A stretch of 64,000 nucleotides of DNA from Camelus ferus. Taxonomy: Eukaryota. The notes beneath the pieces were generated by a model, which had not been told where the DNA came from, did not search any database, and saw only the letters and a program-made list of their open reading frames with translations. Positions 28,394 through 39,019 of the stretch are shown piece after piece. Location of the stretch: NCBI RefSeq assembly GCF_009834535.1, contig NC_045696.1, forward strand, positions 50,408,001-50,472,000. The letters run 5' to 3'. Both the position numbers and the translations under genes were made by a program. Position 1 is the stretch's first letter; each line of letters starts with the position of its first letter.

Positions 28394-29029
28394 CTTTAAA
28401 CATAGATAACACAGACAGGGTTGAAGAATCATTTCAGAAATTCTTCTAATGAACAAATTAGAGTCAATAGTTTAAAAGAGCCTTTTAAAATAATCCTAAA
28501 AGTTCACAGACTGTCATAATCAAAACACCTTCTAGATTCAAATGCTGCTAATGTATCATTCTTTCATGACAGAGTTTAAGAATGGTCTGTGTTTTTGTAT
28601 ATGGTAGATTTTTAATAAATATTTTCTGAATGAATAAATGCACAGTAAGCGTTGCTGAAACTTCCCAATTTTATAAGAAAAAAAGGAAATGTACTTTCTA
28701 ATTTCCTGTGTAAATGATAGTCTTTGGGGGCGTTATTCTTAATATTTTACGCACCATTTGATAATACTTTCCACACTGAAGTGGTTCTGTCACTGATCTG
28801 CTATAACCCCTTTAGTAGGGTATTTTATGTCTCCCTACTTTCATTTATTCATCTGTGAAATGGCCCCAAGAATTGTTGCAAAGATATAATGGGACTAATT
28901 AGGAACATCATTCTGAAGTCTTTTCTCCTATGAAAATAGCAGCCAAAAGACTGGGTGAACTCTAAGCACTAGTCTGACTCTTGGCTCAAAAGGTCCTATC
29001 ATCCTGCTAAACAGCCTACTTAGATACTA

Positions 29030-30130
29030 AACTAGAAGAATGTCATACAGTCTCCTAGGCACTGTCAAAAAGACAAAGAAGACACGTCACAGCCCTCAAA
29101 AAAGTCACAATCCAGTTGGAGAAGCAGACCAAGACAAATGAAAAGATAACTTACAAGAGAGTAAACAGAACTAAGGGAACATTGCAGATTGTAAATCATC
29201 TAAGGAATAAGCAAGCTTAATCAACTCTAACTGGGAGGTCAGAGTAAAGTGGGATTTGAACTGAGCCCTGCCAGTAACAGGATTAAATAGGTAAAGAGAT
29301 GAAAAATAAGACTTCTTAAGAGAAAGAAACAATTTGAGCAAAGATTTAAAGATGAGTCAACTTTAATTATATTTGGAGCATAGAGTGGGATATATAGAGA
29401 TGAAGTCTGTGATGATCTGAACTTAGTTCTGCAGTTGTTTGTGTGTGTCAGGCATTGTGTCAGACTCTGGGAATGTAGAAATGAATGATGTGGTTCCTGT
29501 TCTCAAGGAACCTGCCCTGTACTGGGAGTCAGAGAAGTGGGCAGTCAACTGTAGGGCTATGGAAGTACTCAGTCAGAGGAATGCATGCGACATTATTTGA
29601 GCACAGAGAAGGAACAGCTAACCAAACTACATGGCGAGAGAAAATTATCCCAGGGTAATTATATCAAACTAAGGCTTAAAACTGCAATAGGAATTGATCA
29701 AGTGGAATGGAAGGAGAGTGTATGGGGAAAGAAATAGACGATGAAGAGGTGAAATTGCATGTAAAAGAGAGGAGAGGAATAAAAGAGGATAACCCTTTTG
29801 AGGAGCCCGAAGAGGCCCACGTGCATGGGGTACAGGCTGGAGAACAGCAAGACATGAGACAAGGAGAGCAGCAGGTCAAAGGGGTTTAGCTTTCCATGAG
29901 GCAAAGAGATGCCATGAGGGACATTTAAGCAGGGGAGCAGCATGTTGTTCATTTTGGAAGTCACTGGCCACAGGGAACTGGAAGGAGGTAAGCTAGAGAC
30001 CAGAAGACCTGTTACAAGAACACTGTAAAAACCCTGGTGAGAGATATTAAGTATATATATGACTTGTTTAATTAACACAATAATTCTGTGAAGTGAGTAC
30101 TATCATCCCATTTAACAGATGAAGAAATCA
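29030..30130. mobile_element. L2 LINE fragments
   Basis: Purine-rich degenerate sequence with L2-like 'gtcaggcattgtgtcagactctgggaatgtagaaatgaa' and 'gacatttaagcaggggagcagcatg'. Confidence 0.5.
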
Positions 30131-30889
30131 TGATACATTAACCAGACCTATTTTGGTAATCAGTTCACAATATGTACAAATATCAAATCATTATGTTCTA
30201 TACCTGAAACTAACATAATGTTACATATCAATTATATCTCAGTTGAAAAAGAAACCATGAGACAGAGAAATTAAATATTGTTCCAAGTCACACAGCTGAT
30301 TAATGAGAAGCCATGTATTGCCAAAGGCTTTGCTCCTAATCAACAAATAATACTCCCTGGAACAATATGAAGACATGGACTTTGTAGCCTTAAACACATA
30401 ATAATACTCAGTAAATGTCCAAGCAATGAATTGATGAATTAGTTTCAGATGACAAAGTAGAGGAGGAAGGAAAACTTGCCTCTTACTCAGAGTAGCAAAT
30501 AAACTGGTGACTACTACAAGAAACAAAAAATCAATGGGAATAATTATTATTATTGGCTAATTACTGAAGAAGTATTTTTAAATTATATAATGTATCAATA
30601 TTTTATACCAATAATAAGTAAAAGTCTGAATCACTAGTTAGGAAATAATATTTTTACAGCTGAGAGAATAAAGGCATTTAGAGAATATAGTAAGAAGTTA
30701 TTAATTCCTTTTATTTAATAGAGAAGTACAAATAATTTCTCTAGCATACTAATGATTAACCAAGGTAAGTTTTAGAGACTATCTTTAAATTAGGAGAACA
30801 AGTTTTCTTACTTTCTGCTGGTTATTCATAATATTCTGGGAAGGAAAGGCTGAGCATCAAGTTCCTACTCTAAAGAAACAGGTGCTTAC

Positions 30890-31138
30890 CTTGATTCAAC
30901 TGTATGGTCAGACTCTTGTTGCCAGTCAAGTGGGAGACAGAGCAGGACACATTCTGTACATGGTGGCCCTCCCAGTGGCAGGTACTCTGGACAGTCACTG
31001 TGCCATTGCCCCAGGGTTCTTGAACAGTGGTACAAGCCCTCTCTGGGGTCCAGGAGATCTGTGCAGCTGGCTTCCCTGCAGCTGCCTTGCACACTGCAGT
31101 TCCATCCTTGCTTTGAACCAGGGTCACCTCAGGGGGCA
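30890..31138 (-). CDS. CD200R1L: CD200R1L Ig C2-type domain exon (249 bp)
   Basis: Identical in sequence to 62474-62722; donor CAAG|gtaagc. Confidence 0.92.
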
Positions 31139-31257
31139 CTGCAGAAATGTAGGGAAAATGCTTCAGTCTTAACACATGGGACGTGAAATTTAGAGAGAGA
31201 TTTGCTTCAGTCCCAAATCTGGTTATCTGAAATACCACAATATATAGTGTTTCTTAC

Positions 31258-31575
31258 CTAAGACTTGGAGGTGATATCCATGATAGAAATTCCCATTAGG
31301 TGTTACCATTTCACACTTGTAATACCCATCGTGAGTGATGGCCACTGGGTCAATCTGAAGGGCAGGAATCTTGTCAGGTCTGGAGCCCCAGGTTGTTATT
31401 CTCTCATCGGTGCAGTTTCCCTTTGTCTCATTTGTATCACCCCTGTAGACTCTGTTGCAGGGGGGCTTGTCTCTGAGGACTACTTCCCACGTTGTTAACA
31501 GCACAGCTGTACACAGCACAGGAGGGCAAGAGAGCACAGGCTTTGTATCCACTGGTACAGATCGTGTAGTGTTGA
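31258..31575 (-). CDS. CD200R1L: CD200R1L Ig V-type domain exon (318 bp)
   Basis: Same splice sites as 62842-63159 and identical except for three substitutions; ...ERITTWGSRPDKIPALQIDPVAITHDGYYKCEMVTPNGNF... Confidence 0.92.
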
Positions 31576-32709
31576 CTGGACACACACATACACACAAACA
31601 GAGAATTATAAGAGAAAAGCTTGATAAAGAAATTCATGTGTTAAAACTTATTCACAGCATATTCCATGAAGTTGTACTAGAACATTACTTTCCTGATGAT
31701 CTTATTCCAGAAATATTAGAATTATATAAGAAATTAACATTCATGAAATACATATAAAGTATTAAACCCATCCAAAGATTAACATCTTTCTCTTGTATTA
31801 TGTATCATTAGAGAAACAACATTTATTATATGTGTGACAAATTTTTAAGGCATTATGAAATTAATTCAGGAATCTTGATATCTATGAAACAAACAGATGA
31901 GAAAACGGAATCTAAATTAAAAGACAGTGTTCTGAATCTACTCTTTTGGCCACAGGGACTATTAGATTTATCATATAATTCATACTCCTCACGGGGGAAA
32001 ATGGAATAATTAGTGATGTGGTTTATCTCCTCCTAAGTTTTGATGAAAGTGAAAAAATCAGTAACATCAGAACTAAATACCTATCCATAAGGGTGGCTTT
32101 TCAGACAAATATAAATGTGGAAAGATACAGTACTTTGATTAAAAATAACTAAGATGGCATTCAGGTTGAACAAGCTGGAAGGCTTTTTGTTTAATTTTTA
32201 TTTGAAGAATTACAAAGTCTGTGACATCAACAGATTTTAAAACAATCCGTAATTTCATTAGTTGGACCATCCCACAGAAATAAAAAATGATGATGCCTAA
32301 TGGTAAGAGATGCTTAGATGTATTTTTTCTGTTAAAAAAGTAACATAGTATATAAATATAAAACAAAGGGAAAATAAAGTGTTTTCCTCTATAAATTTTC
32401 TGTTCAAAGGATTTTATTGCAAATGTGATATTATCAACCTTTGAATGAGTTTCCTTTCCTTCCTATTCAGTCACATATGTACTCCCACATAGTTTGCTGT
32501 GAACTTTGCTCACAGATTTTGTTTCCATACATTCAATATCATTATCAGGATTAAATACAGCATTGACCTATTTTTCCATATTTTAAAGTAAAAATTAAGA
32601 ATAGAAAGCATCTTCCACTTAAAAGCTCGCTCTTTTCCATAAACTGACACGTGTCCCTGATTGATAGGCGTTTGCTGAGAGGTGATTAGGTGTATTTGTT
32701 GCAACTTAC

Positions 32710-32762
32710 CTGTACAAAGGTGAGTGTCGGTGATTTCATCAGATTAACATGAACAGAACCAG
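32710..32762 (-). other. Candidate 53-bp cassette exon of CD200R1L (not frame-preserving)
   Basis: gccccaccccag|CT GGT TCT GTT CAT GTT AAT CTG ATG AAA TCA CCG ACA CTC ACC TTT GTA CAG|gtaagt; consensus donor; enters in phase 1 and exits in phase 0. Confidence 0.5.
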
Positions 32763-33076
32763 CTGGGGTGGGGCAAAATTTTTATATGGATGAAGCTTAT
32801 TTTTTCTAAACTTTTCACTTAATATCTCTGCTCTGCTCTGTTGCCTGCTCTGTGATGTATTCAATTTGCATTTTATAGCCCAATAAAGATCATATTACTA
32901 GATAAAGAAAGAGGGAGGATTTCAAAGGAAATCTAAGAGGGCAGTTAAATTCATGCTCTTTCCACCACTCCAAGTGGCATCCCCTCACAGAGGGAACCTC
33001 CAACTTGCCAAAGGCTTAGACACAGGCAGGCACATGGCTTGTTAGAGAACTGCCAGAGGTTGGGTGTAGGAAGTAT

Positions 33077-33124
33077 ATGTGCATCAGGGAAACATGCTGA
33101 ATGTGCATCAGGGAAAGATGCTGA
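33077..33124. repeat. 24-bp tandem duplication
   Basis: atgtgcatcagggaaa(c/g)atgctga x2. Confidence 0.85.
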
Positions 33125-34634
33125 AGATAAAACCAGAAAGATAAGAGACTGGTGAGGGATTCAGTATTGAATGCTTTTCTGCAGTTCTTGGGATTTTGAA
33201 CTTGAGCTTATAGGCAGTCAAAGGCATTAATGTTTTGCCTAATATTTGTCCTCAAGATCTGACTCTGTTTTTTTGTTTGTTTTTAAGGAAAGTACAAGCT
33301 AATCGAATAAACATGCATTTAAACAGGAGCACAGTATCCAAAAAAGTGACTCCAATGGTGAGGATTTCAAGCACTGCAGATGTTCTATGTTCTTTCACCT
33401 TCCTTCTCTCTATGACCTTTAGTCAATCACCCTTCACCTATAATGATAGTTCTAATGTTATTGATATTATTTCACCCTTTCTTCATTCTCTTCTTTCTTT
33501 GTTCATAGCTGTTGTGATAATTTACCAATGGCCAGTACTGCCCTCACACTCAGTGGGTCTGACACCTGCCTACAAATATATTCTCCATGTGCTCCTGTGA
33601 TCAGATCAGGTGATTTCACCTCTTACTTCACTAAGGTAGCGGGTAGATTGGCATCGTTGCTCCCACACTGGCAGACATATCCCATCTCTTCCCCATCCTT
33701 TGTCTATAAAATATCTTCCAGTCTCATCTAACCTTAAGCACACAGACAAATTCCAGTTGGCTTTGAGGGATTTCCTTTCTTATCTCACAACCAAACCCTA
33801 GTTTAAGTCCCTGTCGCCCTGCACCAGGATTACTGCAAAAGCCTCCTAACTTCTGTCACTGTCTCAAAGTTCTTGTCCTTTCAGTTCATACCTTATGTTG
33901 CAGCCAGTACACCATTCTGTAATACGCTGTGATTCTCTAAACTCTAAAACCCTTCAGAGATCTTTCACTGGGTGAAGAATAAGTTTAAATGTCTTCCTAT
34001 TGGCTTTGAAAGCCTTCTTTTTTCAAATTGACTCACTTTGCAATCTTATCACCTACTACATTGCCCTCACACTCCAGGAAAAAAAAAATATCAAGCACAT
34101 TTCCACTTCCATTTCCATGTCATTTCTCACATTGTTTTCACTCTTTGGGGCACCCTACACAATGCTCTTTTTCTATTCACTCTTCCTTTAAGACCCAGTT
34201 CACAGGCTGCATCCTCTGTGAGGCCTTTTCTAAGCCTTGGTGCTGAACTGCTCCCTCGCTGCCCTCCTGGTCCACTTGATGTGAGTGCTGATCTCCTCTG
34301 CTTATGTGATCGCCGTGCTCCTGTCTGGGTTCCGCACATCACTGCGCTCCCTGATAGTCTTGCTCATCTTGCTCATCTGTATGTCCCCCACAAAGCCCAG
34401 CACAGTGCCTGGCAGAGAAAGTTCCATAATCTTCCAATGGAATCAAACTGCTTTAGGGGAGGAGAGGTGGGTGGTTCAGGCTCCCTCATCCCACAGCGCT
34501 CAGATCACCACATTCTTCAACTTCACACAAGGCTGGCACTTGGTCCAGACCTTCAACTATGTTTTTAAGGAAGCTCAACCTTCCATACTTAAGTACTGGC
34601 CTCAAAAAAAAGAAAAGAAAAGCAAGCATGTTAC

Positions 34635-34691
34635 CTTCTGGATATGTTAGAGTGCTCTGGTTTCTGTCCATACAGGAACTAATTATTGAAG
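34635..34691 (-). CDS. CD200R1L: CD200R1L N-terminal stalk exon (57 bp)
   Basis: tttctatag|CT TCA ATA ... CCA GAA G|gtaaca; encodes ASIISSCMDRNQSTLTYPE, comparable to the ASSSxCMDxKQ exon of CD200R family genes; phase 1-1. Confidence 0.88.
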
Positions 34692-35832
34692 CTATAGAAA
34701 ATAATGAAAAGTAAATGAAATCAATTTTAGGCACTTAAATGGAGTGGAAGGCATTATTTCCCCACACACAACATGACAGAAAATCAGTTAACCATAGTTA
34801 AAATTACCCCCAAAATCCTTGTAAAACAGAAATTAGAAGTTGTTCCATCATTACATGGAAAAACATGCTGAAAATTTAACTAAACTCTCCTCAACTGCAC
34901 TTTTTTTTTTTGCCATCCATTCCCTGCCATCTATTTCCTGCCACATTGAAATATTTCTCTATTACTTTACATGAGTCAAAATCTGCTGCTCACTTTCTCT
35001 TGAGTTCGTCCTACATGTTCCTTCCTCCCTTCCAATTCCTTTCAGCTTTTCCTGGCCCTAGATTCCCACTTTCTTTCTCCTAAGAGCTGGTTCTTTTCTC
35101 CTTTAACTAGAGTATGGAAGTATGGAATCCACTGTTCCTCAGAATATTGTGAAATACCATTTGGATCATTGCAAGAAAAGACAGAAAGTATTCAAAGGTT
35201 TGTTTATTGCTACCCAAGTACGCTCTAATTAGAGTCGCTTCACTCATTTGTTCTACCTGCTTGTACTTTTGGATAAGATTCCGTTCGTATAAAGAGTTCT
35301 GGTGGGAGATTGAAATCATTGACTTAGATTAATTATTTGTATTTTATATATTCTTATGCTCCCTGATCTTTATTTTCTGAAACAAATTGTATCCATAAAT
35401 TTCATGCCTCTATTTTAAAAATTTTATAACCTTAAATAGAAATGTAGGGTTTCCTTCTTAACCTTAGGGCTGGAAATATTAGAAATATCAAAGGAGAGAA
35501 AATTACACATCTCTAAATATTAACACCCAAAACTAAGAATTCAAGAGACACACTAAAAGTACAAACCAAAAAACTGAAGGAGAACACCATGTTTGTCTAG
35601 TCACAGAAGTTTAGTTTCACTCCATTCCAGGGCCCCCTTATTACTATGGACTCAGCTGGTCAACTAGTCAGTGCACCACTGGGATTAAGTAAATTTGTGC
35701 TGGAAAATGCACAAATTTAACATTGCTACTAGAACAAATCACAAAACATCTTATGAATGGATCGAGAGCATCTTCATCACTGTTGAAAGATAGCTTTACT
35801 TTTTGCTAAAAATGTCAAAGAATCAGACTTAC

Positions 35833-35893
35833 CAGATATTACAATAATCAAGATCAGTAACCTCTAAGTTGAAGTCCTCTACAATGTATGCAT
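35833..35893 (-). pseudogene. CD200R1L: CD200R1L signal-peptide exon with two in-frame TAG codons
   Basis: ATG CAT ACA TTG TAG AGG ACT TCA ACT TAG AGG TTA CTG ATC TTG ATT ATT GTA ATA TCT G|gtaagt = MHTL*RTST*RLLILIIVIS. This resembles recalled CD200R-like leaders (mouse MHALGR..., human ...RLLISIIIMVS). Stops at 35879-35881 and 35864-35866. Confidence 0.85.
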
Positions 35894-36669
35894 TTGGGGT
35901 GGCTGGTTTTCTACTTTAATGCTAATCCACTGTAAATCAGTGACTCCTTTGGTCACCTTATTTACACTCGGTTCAAGAGGGTTGTGTGTCAGTTTTCTTT
36001 GCCATTTTGCTTTAGGTTCATTTCTGTTCTGTATGCTTTTGGCCTGATTAGCCACTGACAAGAAACATCTGTGAGTTTTGCTGAGTGATAAATCAAAACA
36101 GCCAATGCTTACTATTCATTGGTTTTCCCCACAGTACTGAGGTGATGAGATAAATTATATAGCAATTCTTTTAAGAATTACCATTTTAGGAATTAGGAGT
36201 TATATATGGCAAAATGCACAAATCTGAAGTTTACAGATTGATGACTTTTTATACATGTACACACTTAGATAATCACCTCCATAACCAAGATAAGACCATT
36301 TTCATCATTCAAGAAATTTCCTTCATGCTCCTTCTCTTTCAATATCCCTTCCTCAAAGATAGTGCTACTCTGATTTCTGTCACCATTTTGCCTGTTTTTG
36401 AACTGCATATAAATAAAATTGTTACATGGTTCATGTTTTAATACCATGTAGAATTTTTTTAATGAATATGCCATAACTTATTTCTTTCATTCCTCTATAG
36501 ATTTAGATTATTCCAGTTTGGGACTAACATAAGTAAAGCTTCTATGAACACTTTTGTTCTGTACATATCTTTTGGTCTACTTATGCATTCATTTTCTTGG
36601 GTGTATACCAAGGAATAAAATAGATGGATCCTAGGATAAACATATGTGTGGCTTTAATAAATACTTCCT

Positions 36670-36990
36670 GTTATAGGTTGAATTGTGTTTCCTCAAAATT
36701 CATATGTTGATGTTCTAACCCCCAGTACCTCAGAATGTGGCCTTATTTGGAAATAGGGTTGTTGCAGATGTAATTAAGATGGACCCAACTAGAGTAGGTT
36801 GGGTCCTAATCTAATGACTGATGCCACTGTAAAAAGAGGAATATGGGGCACAGATATGCATACAGGGAGAACACCATGTAAAGATGATGACAAAGATCAA
36901 GGTGGTGCTTCTACAAGCCAGCAAACACCAAAGATTTTCAACAAACCAGTAGAAGCTAAGGGAGAAGCAAGGAACAGATTCTTTCTTCCT
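36670..36990 (+). mobile_element. MaLR LTR (MLT1B/C-like), inserted in an L1 fragment
   Basis: 'tgttataggttgaattgtgtttcctcaaaattcatatgttg...cccagtacctcagaatgtggccttatttggaaatagg'. Confidence 0.75.
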
Positions 36991-39019
36991 GTTTTAGGAG
37001 ATTTAAAGATTCTTTTGATGTTGGGACACAGCACAAGGACACTTGAATGGATGATAGGCAGAACTCTATGTTTCTTACAGCTCCAAAAAAGAGAAGGCTG
37101 CCATATAGGGTCTCACAGGGATTGCACTTGTAGACAGAGTAACACTAAGCTGAAACAGTAGAGAGAAACTTATGTATCACAAGATAGACGGGGTTGGGTT
37201 TCCAGAGGTCTGGGATTGACTAATTTGAATAATATTCCAAGCTCCTGTACATAATTGTCTATGGACTTCTTCCTAGTGGTCTAGTACTTGGCCTTGTGGC
37301 GACGAAGGTGTGTATGCAGTAGCCTGGAGTCTGACAGCCCAGATAAGGAAAGTGGTTGGGGTGTGGACTTAATCAGCTGCTCAAGAAGGGGACTCACCAT
37401 CCTCCAGTTAGGGCTTCAAAATTGGGTCTAGACAGCATTTTTGAAAAATTTTAAAATGTATTAAAATTGACCCATTGATCTTCACATCAGTTTTGTATGG
37501 TGTATTTGGCCCAAATAAAAGAAGACTTCTAGTGAGTCATGCCTAAGATGCCCTAAACAGCTTAAAAATATTTTATTATGAGAGTAAAATGGAGAACAAG
37601 TAGAAGTATGAGTCCTTGTAGGCCAGTCTGTAAATAAATTTCCCATTATATGGTATTAGCCAAGAAAACAGGTCTACAAGATTTCCAACAATATCCTGGT
37701 TGAATTATAAAGTGTATTGAAAGTATGAGTTATACTTTTTATGACAATAATATCTTGGTGTATTCCTTGGTTCAAGGTGGCAAGTCCAGCAATTACATTG
37801 TTGAAGGGTATGAACTGATAGTTCAGTGAGATATATGCAATGGTTAGTGGTATTTGTGACCAAGGGGGAGGGGGAGTTGTGGTGATCATGGTCAGAGATG
37901 CGGGGTTGGAGGCTGTGGTGGCAAACTGGAAGTGAAAAGTAGGAGAAGGCACTGGAGAGTGGGAGGTCCTCTCCCCAGGGGCTTTAGGGGTGAACCTGTA
38001 TGAGGTAGTTGCCTCCTGGGGAAAGCAATAATCTCTATTTTTAGAATGGCATAGATAGTAACTTCTACCAGACTGACCTTTAGACATGAGAGTGAGGGAT
38101 GTATATCTTGGCAGAGAGCAATGAGTATACCAAGATTATGGGGTAAGCAAACGGCAAGGGGCAGTTTTTCACATCTGAAGCTTATGGGCAACTATGGCCA
38201 TCATACTTAGTCCAAGATGCATGTCGGGGATGCATGTCTGTGCTGGTTTTACTTTTCCCCTATTGTGCGCACCTTGGTTAGAGGTTGGGTCAGGACAAAA
38301 GGTATGGTGCCTTGCTCCTGAGATGATTTTGCACTTGCCAGCAATATCAATATCTGCCCTGGAACTAGTTTAGCTCCTCCTAAATGTGGGCAGGGACATG
38401 CCTGCTGGCAAAGGCTGCCTCTGCACTTGCCTGAGGCAGGATCGGGTCTGATCTGGTTCTATTCCCTCTAAGAGTGCACACTCTTCTTGGTAATGGCAGC
38501 CTTAACCCTAGTGGAGAGCAGTGCCAGAAAAGGGGAGCTGGAGCAGGTACCCAGTGTGGGCTGGGGTGTCCCCTGGGGCTATTTTGGCAAGCTGGGAGTA
38601 AACAAGCATGTACTCACGCTTTTCGAGAGTGTAGTCTTGGTTTCTTACAGTCCTCTAGTAAATCCCACTGATTTTCAAACCACCTAAGAGGACTCACCTT
38701 CCTGGTGTCTGACCCCAAGGCTAGGCTGCCTAATATGTAGCTCAAACTCCTTGCTCCCTAGGGAGGACCACTGAGCCTATGATATCCCCCTCCTCTTCTG
38801 TGTCCCCTGATAGGGATTGGGTCCTGACCTGATCTTTCCTAACCAACTCCATGTGGATTTTTCTTTACAGTATTGGTTGTAGAAGAGCCTTTCTATCAGT
38901 CTCCATGATGATTTCAGCAAGAGTTCCACATGTAGTTGTGTTTCTGATGTGTTTATGGTCACTGAACCATGAACTCAGCATCCTCCTCTTGTACCTCTTG
39001 ATCTCCCTGTCTATGTTTC

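Larger units (their letters stand above)
30888..32412. repeat. Near-identical copy A of a >=1.5 kb segment (partner 62472-64000)
   Basis: Direct base-by-base comparison; offset about 31,584 bp; roughly 9 substitutions and 5 short indels counted by eye. Confidence 0.97.
27900..35893 (-). pseudogene. CD200R1L: CD200R1-like activating-type receptor (CD200R1L); apparently disabled or leaderless because of two stops in the signal-peptide exon
   Basis: Exons 35893-35833 (signal, two TAG), 34691-34635, 31575-31258 (V), 31138-30890 (C2), 28393-28270 (TM with Lys) and probable 27906-27900 (RA*). The frame is open from the Met at 34671 onward (about 244 aa). Confidence 0.8.

Noticed and set aside
29707..29889. 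Acidic, Glu-rich 60-aa ORF
   Set aside because: Arises from purine-rich L2-derived sequence and has no splice or phase support.
31510..31535. Odd number of cysteines (five) in the V domain, including CPPVLC
   Set aside because: Human and mouse CD200R V domains are recalled to carry an extra Cys in this region too, so it is not clearly unusual without an alignment.
30882..31757. Plus-strand and alternative-frame ORFs over the Ig exons (and their twins at 62419-63353)
   Set aside because: These are shadow frames of the real minus-strand exons, duplicated only because the DNA is duplicated.
30888..32412. Idea that the second Ig cassette is a processed retrocopy
   Set aside because: Introns are present and shared, there is no poly-A or TSD, and the copy has its own leader, stalk and TM exons.
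34038..34568. Longest ORF in the window (176 aa, plus strand)
   Set aside because: Starts at a non-ATG codon, lies antisense in a CD200R1L intron over degenerate L2-like sequence, and resembles no protein family I recognise.
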